A stretch of DNA of 63,107 nt, filler included, from Candidatus Babelota bacterium (GTDB lineage: Bacteria > JAGOBX01): the NCBI GenBank assembly GCA_017999075.1. It is 12 parts of 12 records of this genome, joined end to end, with 100 filler letters (N's around TTAATTAATTAA, not from the genome) between each part and the next. Parts side by side here need not be neighbours in the genome. Positions count along the whole stretch, not along the records: positions 28,540 to 43,440 come from JAGOBX010000031.1; positions 43,541 to 46,736 come from JAGOBX010000480.1; positions 46,837 to 50,031 come from JAGOBX010000481.1; positions 50,132 to 53,322 come from JAGOBX010000482.1; 8 more parts are not named here. One strand, given 5' to 3'. How positions within the stretch are numbered: the stretch's first letter is position 1; every line of letters starts with the position of its first letter. Below the pieces are notes generated by a model. It had not been told where the DNA came from. It did no database searches and worked only from the letters and a program-made list of their open reading frames with translations. Shown in pieces: positions 40,565 to 51,559 of the stretch. A program made the translations under genes and the position numbers.

Positions 40565-43440
40565 TTATTTTTTGTTTTTAGCGTTTGTTATTACAGTTGA
40601 TATATCCAATATCAATACAACTTGACCATCGCCAAGTATTGTAGCTCCCGCTATTCCAGGAGTAGAAACTATTTTATGATTTAAAGATTTTATAACTATT
40701 TCCTGCTGTCCCAGTAAATCATCAACTACCATAGCGATTTTTTCTTCAGCCAAACCTATTACAACTATGAATAACTTATCTTTATTTGCGTTTGATTCTA
40801 TTTTAAATTGGTTGTTAAGCCGCAATATTGGAATTACACTGTTTCTTAATTTAATAACCTCATATTTTCCTTCAATGGAACCTATTTCAGACGCGCGGAT
40901 TTTTACGCTTTCAATTACTGCAGCAAGAGGAACTGCAAATATTTGTTCGCCTACTTTTACGAGCAGAGAATTTATTATTGCAAGAGTTAATGGAAGTTTT
41001 ATTGTGAAAGTGGTGCCTTTCCCGACTTTAGTCTGTATATCAACTATTCCGTTTATTTTAGAAATATTCGATTTTACAACATCCATTCCCACTCCTCTTC
41101 CGGATATATCGGTTATTACTTCAGCCGTTGAAAAACCAGGTTTAAAAATAAATTTTATAATGTCATTATCTGATATCATATTCGATTCTTCTTGTGACAA
41201 TAATCCTTTTTCCAAGGATTTTTTTCTTATAACATCAGCGTTTATTCCTGCTCCGTCGTCTTCAATTTCTATTATTATATGATTTCCTTCGTGAAAAGCG
41301 TTCAGAGTTAAATTTCCTGCTTCCAGTTTGCCGGCAGCAAGCCGTTTTTCAGGTTCTTCGATTCCATGGTCCAGCGCATTTCGTATTAAATGTACCATAG
41401 GATCTCCGATTTCTTCAATTACTGTTTTATCAAGCTCTGTTTCTTCACCTTTAATTATTAAATTAACTTTTTTGTTTCGAGCTTTTGCTATATCCCTTAC
41501 AACTCTCGGGAACCTGTTAAATACAGTGCCTATTGGAACCATTCTGGTTTTCATTATAGCTTCCTGAATGTCATTGGTAACCCTGCCGAGCTGCTCAGTA
41601 ACAAATTTAAGTTTACTTTTATTTTCTAAAATATTTTCATCAAAGTTGTTTCCTATTTGTTCTACCTGGGTCTTGGCAATAAGAAGTTCTCCTACAAGGT
41701 TCATCAGAGTATCGAGTTTTTCAATATCCACTCTTACTGTCGCGCTTCCTGCTATAGAAGGTTTGCCGGATGTTTCTTTTGATGAGGATTGAACAGCTGC
41801 AGTTTTCTCTGTAGAAGATTGAACATTGTCGTCACTTGAAACCGGTTTGTTAACGTGAACCGGTTTATCAGCAGGGGAAGTCTGTTTTGTTTTGGGCAGT
41901 TCCTGGGTTTTTACCGGTTTTGAAATGGTTTTGATTTCACTTGCATTTTTACTGGTATCCGAAGGTTTATTGTTCTGCATAATTTTTTGTTGCTCCGTTT
42001 TAATATTAGTATTTTTGTTTTGGTTTTGAATTTTTGAATTTATTTCCGTTGTATTTTTTTTTGAAATATTTGAACGCACCGGTTTTATTTTTTTCTTTTT
42101 TGTACTGCCGGCATCAGAAGATGATTTTTTCGAAGAATAATTTTCTAAATTTGATTTGAAAACATTTATATCATTTTCAGCCAGTATTTTAATACAATCT
42201 TGAGATTTGTCGGCAAGCAATGATATTGTAGAGATATGCTCTTCTGATATAAAATACAATTTAATAGGCAAATCAAAATTTGACGGTTCGAAATAATCCA
42301 GCTCTATTATTTCATCAATATCAAAAAGTAATGCCGCAATTTCTCCGAATAATTCTATTTTTGATTTTAAAATTTCAAAATTATTCATATCTTCGTTGAA
42401 ATCCTGTTTATAAAAGAAAAGGATTTCGTAAATGTTTTTGCTGTCGGCAATGGCTGATTCGAATTTTTTTATATCAACGTCTGATAGGCCGTAGTAAAAC
42501 GGCTGTTTTAATGAATTTTCTGCAGATGACAGGTCTGCCGCATATTGTTGAGATTCAATTGATTCTTCGGGTTCATTGTTTATTAAATTCAGCAATTGAG
42601 ATAAAACTTTATTATTTATTTTGGTTATTTTGTTGGTTTCAACAAGTTCCTGAACTGCCGCGCCTAATGCATCGCAATTTTTTAAAAGAAGATCAACAAG
42701 ATTTTCAGTCATTTTTATTTTATCATTGCGCACTGAATCAATAGAATTCTCGAGTTTATGAGCAAATTCAGAAATTGGTTTAAGACCGAACATGTTTGAT
42801 AATCCTTTTAACGTATGCATTGCCCGGAACATGGTGTTTATAAGTTCAGGATTATAATCGTTAATATTTTTTTCTATTTCAAGCAAACATTCGTTAAATT
42901 CATGGATATGTTCTATCGCTTCTTCCTTAAAAGAAATTATAATTTCAGGAGTGATGAATTCACCGTCAAAAGAAAGTTCAAACTGTATTTTTTCTTCTTC
43001 GCTGATTTCTTCTTTAACGCAGTCAGTGTTAACGCTGCCAGCACAGTCATCTTCATATATTTCAAAAATCTCAATTATTTGATTTAATGTTAAATCTAAT
43101 TCTTTGTAAAATGATTTTTTTGTATTTTTTGAAGCAACAATGAAAATTATCTGAAGATCAAAATTTTTGCAGTCGAAAGATTCAAAAGACTGTAATGGCT
43201 CGTTCATTGAAGCTGACAATATTATTTCAGTTATTGATTCGAGTTTTTTATAGAACGTTATTAAAGATTTGTTTTTGTTAATGAAATCTTTATCAAGAAA
43301 AGTTTTTATAATATAAATATTATAATCGTTTTCAATAAAATGCTGAAGTTTTTCAACGTCGTATTGTTTGAATAAATTCATTACCTCTTTTGGTATAACC
43401 AGTTGTTGAAGATATTCTGTATACAATTCGTCAATGCCTG
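40565..43440 (-). CDS. cheA: Chemotaxis histidine kinase CheA (5' truncated; frame open to contig end)
   Basis: Hpt FRAMHTLKG, dimerisation VRVDIEKLDTLMNLVGEL, HATPase (HLIRNALDHG, SGRGVGMDVV), C-terminal CheW domain. Confidence 0.96.
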
Positions 43441-43540
43441 NNNNNNNNNNNNNNNNNNNNNNNNNNNNNNNNNNNNNNNNNNNNTTAATTAATTAANNNN
43501 NNNNNNNNNNNNNNNNNNNNNNNNNNNNNNNNNNNNNNNN

Positions 43541-43741
43541 TTTGTTTTTTTTTCAATTTTATTGTTTTCTTTTGAAATTCATGGCAATTTTTTAATTTTT
43601 TTTATTTTTTTTCCTCTCAAATTTAGATTTAGGAGGCTCATACTGAAGCGGAGGTTTGATTTTTCTATACTTACCATATCCAACGACCAGTCCTGTGATC
43701 AAAAGTATAACAGCTAAAATAATTTTTGATGATTTAGACAT
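43541..43741 (-). CDS. N-terminus of a membrane-anchored hypothetical protein (3' truncated)
   Basis: GGAG RBS, then MSKSSKIILAVILLITGLVVGYGKYRK. Open to the contig end. Confidence 0.5.
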
Positions 43742-44274
43742 TTTATTTTATTGCTCCGATTCTGTTTTAATAACAATAAGATTTAAAAAACTCATAAAAA
43801 GATAGAAAATAATCTTAAAAATTATTAATACAAAAATCATGCCTGTTTTAATCTTTTTAAATTTTTAATTACTAAACCCATAATAAAACTCTTATATTAT
43901 CTATTTGATATGGATATTTTATTATATTCATTTACCATGTTTTTAATCCATTTTGTGAATAATGATTATTTATATGTTCCAACTCTGCATTAAAAAAGGA
44001 TAAATATGTTCGTTTTTGAACATAAACTTATTGAAATAAAAATGTTTCACCTGAATGTTTATGAAAAATAAGAAATCCAAATAATAATTTTAAAATATTG
44101 ATTTATATAGATTTATAAAATTTTGGATAATTTTGAATAATTTTGAATAAAAAGACTTTTTTATAAAAAATGGGTGTCTAATATTGAGTTTTTTTGAACA
44201 TATATTTATTCAAACAAAAAACATATCACCTTACAAGTTATAAGAAAATAAAATAATACAAAAATAGTTTTTAA

Positions 44275-46031
44275 CCTCAATCCTTCATGATTTATTTTAT
44301 TAATCTTACTTTTGCGGTTAGAGTCAATTTTTAAAAAATGGAAAGCAATTTTGATCTTTTATTATAGAATAACTTTATAGTTTCGTATATTTTCTGTTTT
44401 ATTAATGCCTGTATGAGAAAAAAAATTATTGCTGATAAATTTTTTCCCTTTCTTTTGACATACTTCTACTGTGTTTCTTTTTTTGATTATTAAATTTTCG
44501 GTTTTGTTTTTATTAAGTTATTTCAGCATTGAGCTATATTATTCCAAAGCCGCCAGAACTCCTCTTCTATTTTTCGGCTGCTCGTCAGAAATGTCAGAGC
44601 TATTCTTCTTGCATGAGACACTACTCTGCATGCCGCTGCGAATATTCGTCTTCGCAAACGCCAGATCCTTATTCTTCCGGATTCCTTATCATCTTTTGTG
44701 TCTGCCGTGCCGATTAGTTCTACGCCTCTCGCCAATGTGTATGCAAGGGTTCCAAGGGAATAAAAACCGGCATTGCGGGAATATTCCCGGCAAGGAGGAT
44801 GATGCAGATCAAGATCGGAGAGTGCTGATTTATAATGATTCTCAAGCCCGCTTTTTAGAGAATACAAATGGAATATTTTTTCCACAAATGTATTCACGGT
44901 CTTTATATGATCAACATCGCTTTCATTCAAATTCGTCATTATTCCGCTGTAGCGATAAAACATTTCTCCTGTCAATTTTTTACGATAGCCTATCAATGTT
45001 CTTTTTTTATCCCAGCCGGCACATTGTATTGAACATATACAAAGCGCCGATTCAACTATCCTGTCTCTTTTATTTCCGCCTAATTCTTTCCATATCATCT
45101 GAGACTCAAGAATAGACTGAACCTGGCTCAATTTATTTGCTCCTACAACATATTTCATTTTTTCTGTTTCAAGCATATCTAAAGTCGGACCATCTCCATT
45201 AAGAGAATCAAGCATAACAAGAATCTTGTTTCTAAGAGGATTTGACTTCAGAAAATTTTCATTAACATACCCGAACAGATTTTTGAATGCGGTTGTTTCC
45301 CCATCTCCTTGTTTGCACAACTGTTCCGCAAACAACAAAGGACCGATGAAAAGTGTTGTCCACAAAACTCCATAACCTTTTCCTTCAATATATTTTGTCC
45401 CCTCACGACGATTGCTTCCCTCAAGAACGCTTCCGTCTCCCCAAAAAGGAATAAAACCCTCAAGCAGAAGATCGCTTACCTTTATTCGGGAAAAAATTTT
45501 CTTGTTTAAAAGCAGATTTGCATCTGCAAGAACCTTCTGCAATTCCTCTGAACCCAAACCTTCCAAAGCACGCCAAACCGTAACCTCTTCAGGAATTTCT
45601 TTCAAGCCCAGCAACTTTTTCAAAGCCTCATCTTCTCTTAATTCCTCTGCCGCATAAGTTCCGAACGAACCGCTCAGAAGTCCCATAATCACGCTTTTTA
45701 TTATTGTCAGCCAACTATAATTCCCTTTTCGCTCCTGAAGATTTTGAATCAAATAGTTCCATAACGACAGACGATTGCCGAGACGCTCTGCAAGAGCCAG
45801 ACCACCGAAAGAAGTTACATTTTCATCTTGAAAATCAATTTTGAAAATTTTATTTCCTTTATTTTGTAAACTATTCACCTTTAAGAGCCTCCATTTTGAG
45901 TTTTTTTTAATTTATTTCGTGGTTGGTCTAAATTAACATAACTCTAATGTTATCAAGGCTCTTAAAGGTTTTTGTCAAGTCTTATTTTGATTATTTTTAA
46001 TCCCCTTTTTTAACGCTATGAAGGATTAAGG
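44275..46031 (-). mobile_element. IS1380-family insertion sequence, 1757 bp
   Basis: Terminal IRs CCTCAATCCTTCAT (44275-44288) and ATGAAGGATTAAGG (46018-46031), 13/14 match, with CC/GG ends. Flanking direct repeat TTTTTAA (44268-44274 and 46032-46038). Confidence 0.88.
44523..45878 (-). CDS. IS1380-type DDE transposase
   Basis: VTSFGGL N-terminus, Y..K...ENHYK, C..Y..NA, LRRRIF..A.RVVSHARRI C-terminus. GTG start with GGAGG RBS. Confidence 0.85.
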   Translation of the reverse strand: MNSLQNKGNKIFKIDFQDENVTSFGGLALAERLGNRLSLWNYLIQNLQERKGNYSWLTIIKSVIMGLLSGSFGTYAAEELREDEALKKLLGLKEIPEEVTVWRALEGLGSEELQKVLADANLLLNKKIFSRIKVSDLLLEGFIPFWGDGSVLEGSNRREGTKYIEGKGYGVLWTTLFIGPLLFAEQLCKQGDGETTAFKNLFGYVNENFLKSNPLRNKILVMLDSLNGDGPTLDMLETEKMKYVVGANKLSQVQSILESQMIWKELGGNKRDRIVESALCICSIQCAGWDKKRTLIGYRKKLTGEMFYRYSGIMTNLNESDVDHIKTVNTFVEKIFHLYSLKSGLENHYKSALSDLDLHHPPCREYSRNAGFYSLGTLAYTLARGVELIGTADTKDDKESGRIRIWRLRRRIFAAACRVVSHARRIALTFLTSSRKIEEEFWRLWNNIAQC

Positions 46032-46186
46032 TTTTTAAAATATTGAATTATATGTGTTTATAAAAATTAAAGAGTATTAATGAAAATATTTTTTAATAAA
46101 ATATGGGTGTCTATTATTAAATTAAGGCTATTATTAAGTTTTGTCTAAGATTAAGTTTATTTTTAGGGGAGAGATATAAAGGATTA

Positions 46187-46736
46187 TTATTTGTTAAAGT
46201 TGCTTAGGGCGTTTTCTATGCTTATTAATGTCAAATCGATATCCGAATCTTTATGTGCCGCGGAAATGAACATACTCTCAAATTGACTCGGGGGGAAATA
46301 TATTCCACGGTCCAAGAGCAGATGAAAAAACTTTGAATATTTATTAACATCTGACTTCAATGCAGATATATAATCAAAAACATCCGATTCTGTAAAAAAT
46401 ACCGTCATCATAGAACCAATTCTGTTGATTTTATGAGAAATGGAGAATTTTGTTAAAATTTCTGTCAATCCGCTTTCAAATTTTGCAGCAGTTCTTTCCA
46501 ATGATTCATAAATATCAGAATTCTTTAATAACTGAAGTGTCTTTATCCCGGCTGCAACAGAAATTGGATTTCCGCTTAATGTGCCGGCTTGATAGACAGG
46601 CCCTAAAGGAGATATCAACTCCATTATTTCTTTAGTTCCACCATATGCCCCAACAGGCATACCCCCGCCAATTATTTTACCTAAAACAGTTAAGTCAGGT
46701 TTTATTCCATATAATTCCTGCGCTCCCCCGTAAGAG
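46187..46736 (-). CDS. hemL: Glutamate-1-semialdehyde 2,1-aminomutase, C-terminal part (5' truncated)
   Basis: PDLTVLGKIIGGGMPVGAYGG, GPVYQAGTLSGNP, PPSQFE. Confidence 0.95.
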
Positions 46737-46836
46737 NNNNNNNNNNNNNNNNNNNNNNNNNNNNNNNNNNNNNNNNNNNNTTAATTAATTAANNNNNNNN
46801 NNNNNNNNNNNNNNNNNNNNNNNNNNNNNNNNNNNN

Positions 46837-48091
46837 ACGCTATCTTGATGAAAAAGAAGGTAATTATTTAGGCGATTTGTGGATTGATGAAAATGTGGCT
46901 CCCTTATCTGCAAATCCATCTGAACGAGTTGACTACCCCACCCAGAAACCCGAAGCATTACTTGAAAGAATAATCAAAGCGTCATCAAACGAAAACGATA
47001 TAGTCGCGGATTTTTTCTGCGGGTCAGGGACAACTGCGGCAGTTTCGGAAAAATTAAACAGAAAATGGATTACATCAGATTTAGGAAAATTTGCGATTCA
47101 CACAACTCGCAAGCGAATGATAACAGTTCAGCGCGAGTTAAAAGAAAACAGCAAAGATTTCCGGGCGTTTGAAATATTGAATCTCGGAAAATATGAGCGC
47201 CAGCATTTTGTCGGCGTTAATCCGAATCTGCGCGAAGAAGAAAAACAAAAACAATTACAGCATAAAGAACAGGATTTTATTAATTTGATATTAAAAGCCT
47301 ATAAAGCTGAAAAAGTAGATAATTTTAATTGTTTTCAGGGGAAAAAATCAGGGCGTATGGTTGCGGTTGGTCCTGTTAATCTGCCTGTAACCAGATTATT
47401 TGTTGAAGAGCTGATACTTGAATGCAGAAAAAAAAGAGTGTCGCGCGTTGATGTTTTAGCGTTTGAATTTGAGATGGGATTATTTCCTAATATTCAGGAA
47501 GAAGCAAAATCAAAAGGCATAGATTTAGCAATGAAATATATACCGCCCGATGTGTTTGATAAACGCGCAGTAGAAAAAAATCAGGTTGTATTTCACGATG
47601 TCGCGTATATTGAAGTGAAGCCGCATATTAAGAAAAACAGTATTGCGGTTGAGCTTACTGATTTTTCTATTTTTTATTCGCAGGATTCTATCAAGTCCGC
47701 GGAAGCGGGTTTGCAAAACGGCAAGAATAAAATTGTCGTTGAAAAAGGACAGATAATAAAAGTAGCAAAAGATAAAAACGGAATTATTACGCGCGAAGTA
47801 TTGACAAAAAATTGGACTGACTGGATTGATTACTGGTCGGTAGATTTTGATTTTGAAAGTAAACGCGAAATTATCCGCGTGAAAAACGAAGCGACCGGCG
47901 AGTTTGAAGAACAGTGGACAGGCGATTATGTTTTTGAAAATGAGTGGCAGTCGTTCAGAACAAAAAAAGACAGAGCGCTTGAACTTATTAGCGCGTATAA
48001 CGAATGCCCGTCAGGCAGATATAAGATTGCGGTTAAGGTCGTGGATATTTTCGGTAATGATACGATGAAAATAGTTGACATAAAAATATAA
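46837..48091 (+). CDS. Site-specific DNA methyltransferase (Type III Mod-like), C-terminal part (5' truncated)
   Basis: YPTQKPEALLERII, DFFCGSGTT, C-terminal WIDYWSVDFD...FENEWQSFRT...KVVDIFGNDT. Confidence 0.88.
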
Positions 48092-48099
48092 ATACAAAG

Positions 48100-48134
48100 A
48101 AAGCGCAGCCCTCGTATTCGAGGGCTGCGCTTTT
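48100..48134 (+). terminator. GC-rich hairpin, likely intrinsic terminator
   Basis: AAAGCGCAGCCCTCG-TATT-CGAGGGCTGCGCTTT, a perfect 15-bp stem ending in TTTT. Confidence 0.7.
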
Positions 48135-48152
48135 AATTTATAAGGTAAAAAA

Positions 48153-49370
48153 ATGTGTGAAATAAAATGTTATATTGGAAAAAAAGAAGAAAGCGATATC
48201 CAAAAAATCAAACTTCGCATTAAAAATTATCTTGAATTGGATAATGTTAGTTTGCTGATTGGCGCTGGCGCGAGTTTTCATTTAGGCGCGCCAATTATAA
48301 GAAAAATTCCACAACAGATTATTGATGATATAAACAAAGATAAAAAATTAAATAAATTTTATGATGAAAAATTTAAAGCAATAAATAATTCAGAAATATC
48401 TTTAGAAGAATTCTTAAATTTTTTAATTGCAGAAAGATATTTATTACAAACGCAAAAAAAAGATACGGAAAATCATATAAAATTAATTTCAGCAATTCAA
48501 ACAAGTTTATTCAAACTATGCAATACTCAGAATATAGAACTAAACAAAGACTATCAGGAAGATAATAACTTAAAAGAAAACCGCTATTTTTATCACGAAA
48601 AATTGATAAAAAAAATTCTACAGCGTCCGATTAATTTAAAGCGTATTAATTTGTTTACAACAAATTATGATCTTGCGTTCGACTATGCTTTTGATAATTT
48701 AGGAATCCATTGTATTAATGGTTTTTCAGGATTTCAGCGCAGATGTTTCAGACCTGAAACATACGATTATGATATTTATTATCCTGGAGATACTACAAGC
48801 GGAAAAGTTCACAGAGCAGAAAAAGTTATCAGATATTTTAAAATTCATGGGTCTTTATCGTGGGTAAATAAAACACCAACATCTGATAATTGGTATGGAA
48901 TTGAAGAAATAATAATTGACAAAGAAAAACCGGATAATGAATTGGTTATTTATCCTTGCGCTACTAAAAAATCTTTTGCTTTAGATTTTCCATATTCAGA
49001 ATTATTCAGATTATTTTCTCATAACATTAAACAAAGCCAAACTGTTTTATTTTGTTTAGGATATTCTTTTTATGATGAACATATAAACGATATTATTTTT
49101 CAAGCTTTATCCATTCCATCTTTTACATTATTTGTTATTGATTTTCAACAAAATGAAAATATCAAGAAGCTGATAGAACTCGACGACCCGCGAATTATTA
49201 TTATAACCGGAGAAAAGGCAAAGTTCACAAATTTTGTATCTGAAATTTTACCGGATTTATACGAAGAAAAGGATACATTAAAAGTTATTGATACAATTAA
49301 TAAATTAAAAGAAAACGCTTCAAATGAAATAAAAAATAATGAACCAAAAGACAATGGAGTTGTTTTTTAA
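48153..49370 (+). CDS. SIR2-like (SIR2_2) NADase of a SIR2-HerA defence system
   Basis: LLIGAGAS, FTTNYD, KIHGSLSW, LGYSFYDEHIN. Confidence 0.9.
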   Translation: MCEIKCYIGKKEESDIQKIKLRIKNYLELDNVSLLIGAGASFHLGAPIIRKIPQQIIDDINKDKKLNKFYDEKFKAINNSEISLEEFLNFLIAERYLLQTQKKDTENHIKLISAIQTSLFKLCNTQNIELNKDYQEDNNLKENRYFYHEKLIKKILQRPINLKRINLFTTNYDLAFDYAFDNLGIHCINGFSGFQRRCFRPETYDYDIYYPGDTTSGKVHRAEKVIRYFKIHGSLSWVNKTPTSDNWYGIEEIIIDKEKPDNELVIYPCATKKSFALDFPYSELFRLFSHNIKQSQTVLFCLGYSFYDEHINDIIFQALSIPSFTLFVIDFQQNENIKKLIELDDPRIIIITGEKAKFTNFVSEILPDLYEEKDTLKVIDTINKLKENASNEIKNNEPKDNGVVF

Positions 49371-50031
49371 TGTCAGAAAAACAAATTGGACGGGTAATTT
49401 CGGTGGATAATTTCAGAGTGTTTATTCGATTGGACGATATTCTTAAAAGTTCACATAAAAGCGGATTTAATGATATTTATGATGTAGCTCGAATTAATTC
49501 TTATTTAGTTATTCCAGTCGGTTCGGATAGAATTATATCACTAATAACCAGAGTTACAATGCAGGAAGAAACTGAATTTGATAAAAGCAGTCAATCAATA
49601 ACATTACCCTCGTCAGCCAGATTTATTTCAGCAACAATGTTAGGAACTATTGAAACGCGAAATGATAAAGAAATATTTATACAAGGCGTTTATAATTTTC
49701 CTGTACTTGATAATCCTGTATGGTATGTAACAGCAAAAGATTTAGATATTATTTTTGATCATAAGCCGGATGATAAAATTGAATTTGATAAGGATTATTA
49801 CTTGCCGATAGGTAAATCTCCGTCATTTACTGATTATGATGTAAAAATTTGTCCCGATCAATTTTTTGTAAAACATGGAGCTGTATTGGGGAATACCGGA
49901 TCAGGAAAATCATGCACTATTGCTTCGATTCTTCATTCTCTTTTTAAATATTCTTTTAAAGTTGATAATGAAAACGAATTTTTAGAAAATGCTCATTTTA
50001 TCATATTTGATACGAACGGCGAATATAAAGA
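49370..50031 (+). CDS. HerA-family ATPase (3' truncated)
   Basis: HAS-barrel-like start IGRVISV, KHGAVLGNTGSGKS Walker A, IFDTNGEY. Coupled to the SIR2 gene through a TAATG overlap. Confidence 0.9.
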
Positions 50032-50131
50032 NNNNNNNNNNNNNNNNNNNNNNNNNNNNNNNNNNNNNNNNNNNNTTAATTAATTAANNNNNNNNNNNNN
50101 NNNNNNNNNNNNNNNNNNNNNNNNNNNNNNN

Positions 50132-50975
50132 TGTAAAAATTTTCAAAAATTTAATTAATACTCTTGAAAATAAAATTGCGATTGTAAAAGCCGCGAAATC
50201 ACTTAAACCGGTTAAGGAAACGAAAGCCAAACAGCTTGATATTAAAGGAATGGATTCATCAATTCTTGATAAAGTTAATCTGTCAGTGAAATTGTCCAGG
50301 GAAGAATATAAGAAAAATCTTGATGAATATCAAACCAGAATCAGAGAAATAGAGCATGAAATATATATTAGAAGAATACCTGTTATTATTATGTTTGAAG
50401 GATGGGATGCTGCAGGAAAAGGTGGAGCCATCAGAAGACTGACGCAGAATATGGATCCGCGCGGATATGAAGTTATACCTGTAGCAGCTCCTAATGACGT
50501 AGAAAAAGCTCATCATTATTTGTGGAGATTTTGGAATGCAATGCCTAAAGCGGGACACATTTGTATGTTTGACAGAACCTGGTATGGAAGAGTTCTTGTT
50601 GAACGTGTTGAAGGATTCTGTGCAATAGAAGATTGGAAGAGAGCTTATAAAGAGATTAATGAAGTAGAAGAACATCTTACAAATTTTGGGGCTGTAGTAG
50701 TGAAATTTTGGCTTCATATCGATAAAAATGAACAGATGCGCAGGTTTGAAGAACGTCAAAAACTCGAACATAAAAAATGGAAAATAACAGAAGAAGACTG
50801 GCGTAACAGAGAAAAATGGGATGCTTATAAATCAGCTGTAGATGAAATGCTGTTCAGAACAAGCACAGTAAACGCGCCATGGACAATAGTTGAAGCAAAT
50901 GATAAGTTTTATGCCAGAACAAAAATACTGAAAACAGTTATAAATGCAGTAGAAAAAAAACTGAAAAAAAAATAA
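50132..50975 (+). CDS. ppk2: Polyphosphate kinase 2 family, probably the second domain of a two-domain polyphosphate:AMP phosphotransferase (5' truncated)
   Basis: FEGWDAAGKGG, FDRTWYGRVLVERVEGF, WKITEEDWRNR. The frame is open upstream to the contig start. Confidence 0.92.
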
Positions 50976-51015
50976 AGAAATTAAATCTATATAAGTATGA
51001 TAATAAGTTAAAAAA

Positions 51016-51441
51016 ATGGAAAATATTCAGAAATTAATTAAACCAGACGGAACAAAATTCAGATTTCTGATCGTTGATGATTCTTTGTTTCAGCGTAAAA
51101 ATATTGCGAAATTTGTTGAAAAAATGAATTGCGAAGTTGTTGGAGAAGCAGTTGACGGCGGAGATGCAGTATCCCTTTACAAAGAATTGAAACCTGATGT
51201 TGTAACTCTTGACATAACAATGCCGGGAATGAACGGTTATGATGCTTTGAAAGAGATTATGGCATTTAACCCTGATGCTGTAGTAATAATGGTATCAGCT
51301 TTAAAACATGATAAAATAGTAGATGATTGTATTTCAGCAGGAGCCAAGTTTCATATAGGAAAACCGTTTAAACCTGAAGAAACTGCTTTTTTATTGAGTA
51401 AAGCTTTGCGCAGATATTATGGAGCTGAATATTTAAATTAA
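51016..51441 (+). CDS. Single-domain response regulator (CheY-like)
   Basis: LIVDDS, DVVTLDITMP, VSA, KP. Confidence 0.9.
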   Translation: MENIQKLIKPDGTKFRFLIVDDSLFQRKNIAKFVEKMNCEVVGEAVDGGDAVSLYKELKPDVVTLDITMPGMNGYDALKEIMAFNPDAVVIMVSALKHDKIVDDCISAGAKFHIGKPFKPEETAFLLSKALRRYYGAEYLN

Positions 51442-51559
51442 ATTTATTATTTGACTTAAATATTTTTTTTTATATAATAAAACAGATTATAAGATTTTGT
51501 ATAATTAATTAGTGGAAATTTTATAATCTGTTTTTCAATTATAAAGGAGATTACTTGAA

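Noticed and set aside
44005-44024. LexA box
   Set aside because: GTTC-N6-GAAC has the wrong orientation and spacing for the GAAC-N4-GTTC box.
44471-45657. Plus-strand ORFs (214, 62, 66, 81 aa) inside the IS
   Set aside because: Antisense shadows of the transposase with no motifs. The same applies to the many short antisense ORFs in res, mod, smc, fapA, cheA and the kinase.
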